A DNA stretch of 24,000 nt from Kribbella hippodromi (GTDB lineage: Bacteria; Actinomycetota; Actinomycetes; Propionibacteriales; Kribbellaceae), in NCBI RefSeq assembly GCF_039531045.1, contig NZ_BAAAPH010000003.1, forward strand, positions 93,551-117,550, given 5' to 3'. Positions 7,393-14,064 of the stretch are shown here, one piece after another; the first letter of the stretch is position 1; the number at the start of each line of letters is the position of its first letter. Both the position numbers and the translations under genes were made by a program. The notes below the pieces were generated by a model. It searched no databases. It worked only from the letters and a program-made list of their open reading frames with translations, and had not been told where the DNA came from.

Positions 7393-7450
7393 GGTAGTGC
7401 ACCTGAGCGTGAAGGCGATCGGGTGTACGGCGTCTCGGCGGTGCACTACC
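7393..7450. terminator. Perfect 11-bp inverted repeat (GGTAGTGCACC ... GGTGCACTACC) between convergent genes
   Basis: Arms at 7393-7403 and 7440-7450 with a 36-nt spacer. It lies between the response-regulator stop (7379) and the YafY stop (7446-7448); the right arm covers the YafY stop codon. Confidence 0.35.
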
Positions 7451-8471
7451 TGTCCTTAGCGCCTTTCGGTTCGCCGATCGCCCGCAGATAACGGTTGCCC
7501 ACCAGCTCGAGGTGCGCGACCAGCCCCGGCGGCCCGTCGACACGGAAATCCAGGCCCAGCATCCCGATGTACACGGCGATCAGCTCGTACGAATCCGCTC
7601 CGGTGACCAGCACGCTGGTGTTCTCGTCAACCGACTCCACCACTCCGACCGCCGCATGGATACGCGAAACCACCTGCTCCGCCGGCGCGTACACGGTGAT
7701 CCGCGCATGCACCTTCCATCCCGCCGACGCCACGTCCCGAAGGACGAAGTCGGTGTACGCGTCATCGACCATCGGCCTCGGCTGATACCGCCGACCTGTT
7801 GCCATCCGCAACGACATCCAGTCGACCCGGTACGTACGCCACTCCGCCCGCTCGTCCCGCGCGACGAGATGCCAGTACCCGTGCCAACTCACCAACCGGT
7901 ACGGCTCGACCAGGATCGGCAGGTCCGCCGTGACGCTCGATCCCGCCTTCCACATCGACACCCCATCGGGTACGACGTACTCGAAGCGAAGGTAATGCTC
8001 GTCCCGGATGCATGCAGCGATCGCGGACAGTACGCCGGGATCGATCTCGGGGGCATCGATGTTCGACCGGGTGTTGTCGGGGCCCTTCTCTATTGCCGTG
8101 TTGATCGCGTTCACCTGGCGTTGGAGGCGATGCGGAAGGACCTGCTGGAGCTTGGTCAATGCACGGGCACTGCTCTCGCCCAGTCCGACGACGCCGGTAC
8201 CCGTACGCAAACCGACCGCGACCGCCACCGCCTCCTCGTCGTCCAGCAGCAACGGCGGCAGCTTCGCGCCTGCGCCCAGCTGGTAATGCCCGGCCGGTCC
8301 GCGGGTCGCGTCCACCGGGTACCCCAGCTCGCGCAGCCGGTCGATGTCGTTGCGGATCGTGCGCGTACTCACCTCGAGCCGCGCCGCCAGTTCGGTACCG
8401 GTCCAGGCCGGACGGGTCTGGAGCAACGCCAGCAGGGCCAGCAACCGCTGCGAAGTCTCGAGCAAAATCAA
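7446..8471 (-). CDS. YafY-family transcriptional regulator (wHTH plus WYL domain)
   Basis: N-terminal RLLALLALLQTRPAWTGTELAARLEVSTRTIRNDIDRLRELGYPV, and a WYL-like core PYRLVSWHGYWHLVARD. The start codon at 8471 is TTG (a second TTG lies at 8465). Confidence 0.88.
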   Translation of the reverse strand: MILLETSQRLLALLALLQTRPAWTGTELAARLEVSTRTIRNDIDRLRELGYPVDATRGPAGHYQLGAGAKLPPLLLDDEEAVAVAVGLRTGTGVVGLGESSARALTKLQQVLPHRLQRQVNAINTAIEKGPDNTRSNIDAPEIDPGVLSAIAACIRDEHYLRFEYVVPDGVSMWKAGSSVTADLPILVEPYRLVSWHGYWHLVARDERAEWRTYRVDWMSLRMATGRRYQPRPMVDDAYTDFVLRDVASAGWKVHARITVYAPAEQVVSRIHAAVGVVESVDENTSVLVTGADSYELIAVYIGMLGLDFRVDGPPGLVAHLELVGNRYLRAIGEPKGAKDR

Positions 8472-8480
8472 TCTCCCAAT

Positions 8481-8510
8481 TAGGAATCTAATGTTCCTAT
8501 ACGGATTCTA
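8481..8510. promoter_or_regulatory. AT-rich divergent promoter region with inverted and direct repeats, a candidate YafY operator
   Basis: TAGGAA (8481-8486) and TTCCTA (8494-8499) form an inverted repeat with a 7-nt spacer. GGAATCTA (8483-8490) and GGATTCTA (8503-8510) are near-direct repeats. All of this sits in the 49-bp gap between the YafY start and the epoxide hydrolase ATG. Confidence 0.35.
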
Positions 8511-8520
8511 CGGTAGAGCC

Positions 8521-9651
8521 ATGAACACGAACGAGAGCATCCGGCCCTTCACCGTCGCCATCGACCAGGCCGACCTGGACGATCTGCAGTCGCGCCTCGC
8601 CCGGACCCGGCTGCCGGAAGCGGCGCCCGGCGACAACTGGGACTACGGCACCCCGAACCAGTACCTCAGCGAGATGGTCGTCCGCTGGCAGCACAACTTC
8701 GACTGGCGCGCGCAGGAGGAGCGGATGAACGCCTTCCCGCACTACCTGACCGAGATCGACGACCAGACCGTGCACTTCATCCACGTCCCGTCCAAGGTCG
8801 CCAACGCGACGCCGCTGCTGCTGGTCCACACGTACCCGGGTTCGTTCGTGGACTTCCTGGACATGATCGGCCCGCTCACCGACCCGGTCGCGTACGGTGG
8901 CGACGAGGCGGACGCGTTCTCGGTGGTCGTACCGTCGATTCCCGGTTTCGGGTTCAGTACGCCGCTGGTGGACCGCGGCTGGACGATGGCGCGAGTTGCT
9001 CGTACGTTCGACAAGCTGATGCGGCGCCTCGGTTATGACTCGTACGGGACGCACGGCTCCGACGGCGGCGCGATGGTGTCGCGCGAACTCGGCGTACTGA
9101 ACCCCGAAGGCTTCCTCGGCCTGCACGTCCTTCAACTCTTCTCGTTCCCGTCGGGCGACCCGGCCGAGTTCGAGAAGTTCACGCCTGAGGACTACGCGGC
9201 GCTCGAGCACCTGAAGTGGTTCCAGTCCGTCGGCGGGTACAACGCGATCAACTCCACCCGCCCGCAGACCGTTGCCGTCGGCATCTCCGACTCCCCCCTC
9301 GGCCAGCTCGCCTGGAACGAACTCTTCAACAACTTCGGCAACGGCACCAGCCTGGTCACCCCGGAGCAGATCCTCACCGAGGTCTCGCTCTACTGGTTCA
9401 CCAACACCTCAGCCGCCGCCGGCCGCTACCACTACGAAGAGGCCAACGCCGGCGCCGAACCCCAACTCAACCACGCCCGCACCGGCGTAGCCGTCTTCAC
9501 CGACGACTTCAAAACCATCCGCCCCCTGGCCGAACGAGACAACACCAACATCACCCACTGGACCACCTTCCCCAAGGGCGGCCACTTCGCCGCCCTCGAA
9601 TGCCCAGCCGACGTAGTAACCGACCTCCGCACCTTCTTCCACACCACCTAA
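8521..9651 (+). CDS. Epoxide hydrolase (EHN N-terminal domain plus alpha/beta hydrolase)
   Basis: MNTNESIRPFTVAIDQADLDDLQSRLARTRLPE...WDYGTP..YL..W...FDWRAQE..MN.FPHY...IDDQTVHFIHV is the characteristic microsomal-type epoxide hydrolase N-terminus. Internal ATG 8521 of tracked ORF 8344..9651. Confidence 0.9.
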   Translation: MNTNESIRPFTVAIDQADLDDLQSRLARTRLPEAAPGDNWDYGTPNQYLSEMVVRWQHNFDWRAQEERMNAFPHYLTEIDDQTVHFIHVPSKVANATPLLLVHTYPGSFVDFLDMIGPLTDPVAYGGDEADAFSVVVPSIPGFGFSTPLVDRGWTMARVARTFDKLMRRLGYDSYGTHGSDGGAMVSRELGVLNPEGFLGLHVLQLFSFPSGDPAEFEKFTPEDYAALEHLKWFQSVGGYNAINSTRPQTVAVGISDSPLGQLAWNELFNNFGNGTSLVTPEQILTEVSLYWFTNTSAAAGRYHYEEANAGAEPQLNHARTGVAVFTDDFKTIRPLAERDNTNITHWTTFPKGGHFAALECPADVVTDLRTFFHTT

Positions 9652-9666
9652 CCCCAGCCCCCCGAA

Positions 9667-9695
9667 GAAGCGCCGCCCCCAAGGGCCGCCGCTTC
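9667..9695 (+). terminator. Imperfect GC-rich hairpin downstream of the epoxide hydrolase
   Basis: GAAGCGCCGCCCC-CAA-GGGCCGCCGCTTC gives 11 of 13 possible pairs with a 3-nt loop and no U-tract. It begins 16 nt after the stop. Confidence 0.25.
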
Positions 9696-9786
9696 GGCGC
9701 TGCCGGGACCTGGGCTGAGCCGGTCGTATGCTCTGGAGAGGTCCCAGGTTTTGGTGCGGGCCGGCGAGCGAACGGAAGGACGGCAG

Positions 9787-10146
9787 ATGGACCCCGAGGA
9801 GACGCAACACCAGCTCCCCGACGGAACGACGGTCTGGGTACTGTCAACCTCCGAGGCCGCGACGAATCTTCCGGCTCTCCTGCAGCTGTTCCGGGAGGGC
9901 AAGTCCGAGCCGCTGATCTTCGGTGCCGCAGGCCAACCCGAAGCCGCCGTCGTCCCGTTCGAAGTCTGGCGCGCCCTCACCGAGGCCGCCACCGACCAGG
10001 AAGGCTTCGACTCCTCCTATTCGGTCGCCCGGCAGCGGCTGGCAAACCCCGGCGCACCTTCAGTTCCGCTCGACGACGTCGCCGCCGAACTCGGCTGGGA
10101 CCTCGACGACGACACTGACGACGCCGAATTCCGCAAGCCCAGATGA
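9787..10146 (+). CDS. Type II antitoxin, Phd/YefM-like
   Basis: VLSTSEAATNLPALLQLFREGKSEPLIFGAAGQPEAAVVPFEVWRAL fits the Phd/YefM fold pattern, followed by an acidic C-terminal tail (DLDDDTDDAEF). ATG 9787 is preceded by GGAAGGA. Its TGA overlaps the next ATG (ATGA at 10143-10146). Confidence 0.7.
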   Translation: MDPEETQHQLPDGTTVWVLSTSEAATNLPALLQLFREGKSEPLIFGAAGQPEAAVVPFEVWRALTEAATDQEGFDSSYSVARQRLANPGAPSVPLDDVAAELGWDLDDDTDDAEFRKPR

Positions 10147-10736
10147 CGAAGTACCGCCTCCTCGTCAATCCCGAACTGCTCGGCTACCTCCGCGCCCTCG
10201 ACCGCGCCGCTGCCGCCCAGCCCGGCGGCGTACGCGACCGCGAACTCCGCGCCCTCAAAGCCGGCCTGCGCGCCCTCGCCAACGGCGACGAAGCCCAGTT
10301 CGAAGGCAAACGCCTCCGCTTCCTCGATCACGACCTCAGCGACTGCGCCGAAATCAAACTCCCGGTCATCGCCGAAACCCGCGGAAACCGCCAGCTCGGC
10401 CCGTCTCACCGCCTGGTCTACCGCGAGTACCAGGCCGAAGACGGCGGCCTCCCGTACCGCGAAGCCATCTGCTTCGAACACCGCAAAGACAATCGCCCCT
10501 TCGAGGTCGCCGCCAAACGCCTGGGCCGCGCAACCGGCGTCCGCCTCGCCACGCTCAGATCCCACGGCGCGTCGTCGAGCATCACCCCACCCCGCCAATC
10601 CCTCCCACCCGACCTCCGCAAAGCCCTGGCCGCCGCCGCCAACGTCGCCCCCGCCCACCAATCCGTCAACACACCTCGCACCAACACCGCTCCCCCACCC
10701 CACCCCAGCAAGACCCAACCCGACCGAGAACGCTAG
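10143..10736 (+). CDS. RelE/ParE-superfamily-like toxin with a roughly 70-aa Pro/Ala-rich C-terminal tail
   Basis: Translationally coupled to the antitoxin. The core LSDCAEIKLPV....GPSHRLVYREY....REAICFEHRKDNRPFEVAAKR resembles the RelE/ParE beta-sheet core (xRxxY...HR). The tail from about residue 125 is low complexity. Confidence 0.55.
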   Translation: MTKYRLLVNPELLGYLRALDRAAAAQPGGVRDRELRALKAGLRALANGDEAQFEGKRLRFLDHDLSDCAEIKLPVIAETRGNRQLGPSHRLVYREYQAEDGGLPYREAICFEHRKDNRPFEVAAKRLGRATGVRLATLRSHGASSSITPPRQSLPPDLRKALAAAANVAPAHQSVNTPRTNTAPPPHPSKTQPDRER

Positions 10737-10789
10737 ACCACCGCGTCAGGGCGATGGCTGCTCGCGCGAGGTCCCGGCCCGGGCCCGTC

Positions 10790-11896
10790 CTAGGATTCCT
10801 GTCCCTGTTTCGGCAGCGGCGGTGCAGATTCCACCGGTTCGTCTGGCTGGGCGAGCCGCCACCGCTCTCCGGCAATCAGCGCGGAAGGCTCCGACTCTCC
10901 AGGACGGCTGCGGACTAGCCGGGCACTGACGAATCGGCCCAGCGTCGGAACTGGCAGGCCGAGGTCCCGCGCAATACGCGGATGCGGATCGTAATGACCG
11001 AGGATGACAATGCCATCCGGAGCGAGCACCGTGCGGGCGTCTCGTACTCGTTTCGCGGAGTCCACCTGCTGCGCAGCAGTAGCGACGGCCGCACGCGTGA
11101 TCAACTGCCCCTGCGCGCGGGCGAACAGGATGGACACTGCCTTCTGACCGGTCGGTGCATCTGAAATCTCCTGCACGATATGCATCGGAAGATGCAGGAG
11201 TGTGTTCTTGATCATCGGCTTGCCGCGATGAACCCAGAGAACCGAATCCGCTCCGATGTCATTCAGGCGACGCTTGCGGTCCCGCTGCTTGCCTTCCGGA
11301 ACCAGGACCAGCTCACTGATCCTGATCAAGCCAAGCGCCCATCGAGCCGAATACTCATTCGCCCATACGACCATCGCGAGCTTGTCGCCACGCGAATACA
11401 TTTCTGGCGGGATCTCCCAGCCGTACAGGTCTCGAGACCATTTCGCGTCAACATCCTGGCCGGCGATCTTGTAATCAAGCTCGTCACCGTCAGAAAACTT
11501 GAACTCGCGCTGAAGCCAGATCTCGACCAGCGTGCCAAGGTGGGTCTTTTCCGTCTTCAGGAGCTGGGTGTAGTCCCATCGTCCCGTCCGCTGCCCGTCG
11601 TAAGCCTGATCGAAGGCTTCACGTAAGACCACCGCAGTACGCGCTCCTGTCGGATCTGCTCGCAGTAGCGCATCGTGCACTGCCCAGAGTTGCGGATCCG
11701 ACTGCCTGTCCGGAGGTTGCGCATTCGTCGCGGGTGGCCGAGGCCCCGACTGAAGTTTTGGCCTACCGGTGGTCTTCGCACGCTGACCCACGATGCGGCG
11801 GCGCCGCAGCGGCATCACCGTGAGCTCTACCTCTGCATAGTCTGAACTCACCAGCGGGTCCTCGTCGCCTGTCGCCATGGACTGAGAGCTTGCCAT
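10790..11896 (-). CDS. NaeI-family type II restriction endonuclease
   Basis: VLREAFDQAYDGQRTGRWDYTQLLKTEKTHLGTLVEIWLQREFKFSDGDELDYKIAGQDVDAKWS ... PDGIVILGHYDPHPRIARDLGLPVP matches my recollection of NaeI (DGQRTGRW, TEKTHxGTLVE, GLPVP). Start is uncertain: ATG 11896, 11878 or 11815. The tracked ORF extends to 12133, over the vsr start. Confidence 0.82.
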   Translation of the reverse strand: MASSQSMATGDEDPLVSSDYAEVELTVMPLRRRRIVGQRAKTTGRPKLQSGPRPPATNAQPPDRQSDPQLWAVHDALLRADPTGARTAVVLREAFDQAYDGQRTGRWDYTQLLKTEKTHLGTLVEIWLQREFKFSDGDELDYKIAGQDVDAKWSRDLYGWEIPPEMYSRGDKLAMVVWANEYSARWALGLIRISELVLVPEGKQRDRKRRLNDIGADSVLWVHRGKPMIKNTLLHLPMHIVQEISDAPTGQKAVSILFARAQGQLITRAAVATAAQQVDSAKRVRDARTVLAPDGIVILGHYDPHPRIARDLGLPVPTLGRFVSARLVRSRPGESEPSALIAGERWRLAQPDEPVESAPPLPKQGQES

Positions 11897-11978
11897 ATCG
11901 CGCGGCCACGAGGAGCTCCACTGCCCGGCGAAAGGATCATCGCAGCGCTCTTCATTCCAGCTGCCGACGCTACACTGC

Positions 11979-12425
11979 ATGGCCATGCAGCAGCCGCCAC
12001 ACGTACCCACCGCAACGACACCGGGTCGTTCCAGGAATATGCAGGCGATCCGCCGGGTGAATACTAAGCCGGAGGTTCGGCTTCGTTCGGCTCTGCATCG
12101 GTGCGGGTATCGCTTCCGGAAAGACCTCAGCATCTACACGTCGGCCCGGCGGGTGCGGCCCGACATCGTGTTCACTGCACGTAAGGTCGCGGTCTTCGTC
12201 GATGGCTGCTTTTGGCATTGCTGCCCGGAACATGGACGGCAGCCGGCTGTCAATTCGCAGTACTGGTCACCAAAGCTTCAGCGGAATGTCGATCGGGACC
12301 GGTTGGCCAACGCCGCATTGATCCACGATGGGTGGTCGGTCGTGCGTATCTGGGAACACGAGAGTGTCAGCGACGCGGTGGCGAAGGTCATTGCCGCACT
12401 CGGCGGCGAGCGGCGGGCTAGCTGA
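11979..12425 (+). CDS. vsr: Very-short-patch repair endonuclease (Vsr)
   Basis: RSRNMQAIRRVNTKPEVRLRSALHRCGYRFRKD...RPDIVF...KVAVFVDGCFWHCCPEHG...YWSPKLQRNVDRD are canonical Vsr motifs. Divergent from the endonuclease gene. Its 3' end overlaps the methyltransferase 3' end by 8 nt. Confidence 0.9.
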   Translation: MAMQQPPHVPTATTPGRSRNMQAIRRVNTKPEVRLRSALHRCGYRFRKDLSIYTSARRVRPDIVFTARKVAVFVDGCFWHCCPEHGRQPAVNSQYWSPKLQRNVDRDRLANAALIHDGWSVVRIWEHESVSDAVAKVIAALGGERRAS

Positions 12426-13671
12426 CCTTCGACCGCATCTGAGCTAGATATTCGTGCCGGACATGGTCATCCTGGCCGATGAACGCACGGAAGTCACCGA
12501 GCTGGAAGGTCTCATCGCCGGAGTCGTTCGTGTCGCGATGCATGTTGAAATCGCGCATCAGATGCTTCAGCCGAACCTCAATCTCGGCGTGCGGGAGCGA
12601 TTGTCCGAGCTGCTCATAGATCTCGTCCAGCGTCAGCGGGGTTGATGATCCGCGCAGAACTCGATAGACCTTGTCGTGAGCGACGGCCTCAGGTTCCTGT
12701 GCCCGCGGCTCACCTTCATGATTGAGCGCAGCAGCGATTCGCTCGCCAATGGCCCTGGCAACCGGCGGAGGGAACGCGTTGCCGACCTGGCGATACATTG
12801 ACGTCTTGCGCCCGGCGAACTGCCAGTTGTCTTCTTCGCTCCAGCCCTGCAGCCGTGCGACCATCTCGACCGTTAGCTTTGGATTGAAGCCCTTCGGCGT
12901 ACCAGCCGGGGGCGCTTCGTTGGCGACGCCCATCCCGTCGACACCCATTTCGGCCCAGGCGCGCTTCGCGCGAGTGGGGCCAAGGTCGGCACCGCCATGC
13001 TTCTTCGATCCACCCACGATCGTCGGAGCGATTTTGCTGGCGCGGAGAGCCCAATCGTCTGCATGCTCCCACCCGTTGGCGGCCATGAGTTCCTTCAGTT
13101 CCGCGCCAACCGTTGGCGCGTCTGGCTTTGCTTCAGGCCAGCTGAAGTACAACGCGTCCTCTTCCCTGAGTGCGACCAGCACGAAACGGGGACGCAGCTG
13201 CGGGACTCCGTAGTCGGAGGCCTGCAGCAGGCGCCAGTCCGCGACGTAGCCGAGCTCCTTCAAACGGTCGAGAACATGCTGCCGGTAGGCCGAGAAGCGC
13301 GGTGCGGATAGGCCGCGGACATTCTCGAGCATGAGAGCGCGCGGGCGGATGGTGTCAGTGAGCTCGACGGCCCAGGCAAAGAGGTCTCGCTCGTCGTTCG
13401 CACCGAGCTGCTTGCCAGCGATGGAGAACGGTGGACAGGGCACGCCACCAGCGAGAAGATCGACCTTCTCGCGGAACTCTTCCGGATTCCACACACTCGG
13501 GTCGGCGACATCGCCGACAGCCACCCGCCACTTGGGGCGGTTGAGCGTCAAGGTCGCCGCCGCCATCGGGTCCAGCTCGACAGCTAGCGTGTGCTCAAAA
13601 CCCGCGAGCTCTAGCCCGCGAGCCTGGCCACCAGCTCCAGCGCAGATCTCCACCACTCGCAATGAACTCAC
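12418..13671 (-). CDS. DNA (cytosine-5)-methyltransferase with a roughly 100-aa C-terminal extension
   Basis: Motif I EICAGAGG, motif IV GGVPCPPFS, motif VI ENV, motif VIII QLRPRFVLVA, motif X GNAFPPPV. The TRD segment GGSKKHGGADLGPTRAKRAW resembles GCCGGC-type enzymes (M.NgoMIV/M.NaeI-like, from memory). Start set at GTG 13671, 7 nt after GAGGGAGG; the tracked GTG at 13752 is less likely. Confidence 0.92.
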   Translation of the reverse strand: MSSLRVVEICAGAGGQARGLELAGFEHTLAVELDPMAAATLTLNRPKWRVAVGDVADPSVWNPEEFREKVDLLAGGVPCPPFSIAGKQLGANDERDLFAWAVELTDTIRPRALMLENVRGLSAPRFSAYRQHVLDRLKELGYVADWRLLQASDYGVPQLRPRFVLVALREEDALYFSWPEAKPDAPTVGAELKELMAANGWEHADDWALRASKIAPTIVGGSKKHGGADLGPTRAKRAWAEMGVDGMGVANEAPPAGTPKGFNPKLTVEMVARLQGWSEEDNWQFAGRKTSMYRQVGNAFPPPVARAIGERIAAALNHEGEPRAQEPEAVAHDKVYRVLRGSSTPLTLDEIYEQLGQSLPHAEIEVRLKHLMRDFNMHRDTNDSGDETFQLGDFRAFIGQDDHVRHEYLAQMRSKVS

Positions 13672-13691
13672 GAGACGACCTCCCTCGTAGT

Positions 13692-13707
13692 TCGAACATT
13701 TGTTCGA
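13692..13707. promoter_or_regulatory. Palindrome TCGAACA-TT-TGTTCGA upstream of the methyltransferase start, a candidate operator
   Basis: Perfect 7-2-7 inverted repeat, 21-36 nt upstream of GTG 13671, in a locally AT-richer stretch (13686-13735). Confidence 0.4.
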
Positions 13708-14064
13708 GTGTAGAGATGGGACTTTAGCCCGGTCAAATCCACGAGCAGGCACACGGCAGGGAGCTTCGGTGCGCTAGCGCAGCCCAGACCTCTGGGCTTG
13801 CACTGCACCGACTCGGCGCGTCTCATGCCGACTGCTTCCACTCTGCCAAGGGACCGAACAGGCAGAGCTTAGCCTCTGGTGGCGCCTGGAGCAGGGACGC
13901 CCGCCGCTGCTGGACCTAACTACTTTCCGAACACGTACCAGCACCCGCCAGCCGGAAGCAGGCCGCTGTTCAGGCGGCGGGCCGGGTGGTCAGAAGTTGT
14001 ACTGATCGGACTGTGCGGATTCTCATATTGGACAACCTGCCGTGGCGGATGGAGGTTGGGGGGT

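Larger units (their letters stand above)
10790..13752. other. Lower-GC restriction-modification island (R, Vsr, M), probably horizontally acquired
   Basis: Hand counts of single 60-nt lines inside give 48% (11161), 55% (11341) and 62% (12481) G+C, against 77% for line 1561 outside. Many A/T-ending codons. No integrase or flanking direct repeat was seen. Confidence 0.55.

Noticed and set aside
7512-8483. 323-aa plus-strand ORF
   Set aside because: It is antisense shadow of the YafY/WYL regulator.
9706-9750. 7-bp inverted repeat ACCTGGG...CCCAGGT upstream of the antitoxin, as a possible TA operator
   Set aside because: The stem is short with a 28-nt spacer, so it could easily arise by chance in GC-rich DNA. 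It is mentioned only as a place to look.
9923-10918. 331-aa Pro/Arg-rich plus-strand ORF overlapping both toxin-antitoxin genes
   Set aside because: It is off-frame relative to two ORFs with strong GC3 and recognisable folds, and is extreme low complexity.
10737-14064. Flanking direct repeats, att sites or mobility genes for the R-M island
   Set aside because: By eye, only a trivial shared hexamer (CGCTAG) was found at the two edges, with no integrase, transposase or tRNA. I therefore did not call it a mobile element.
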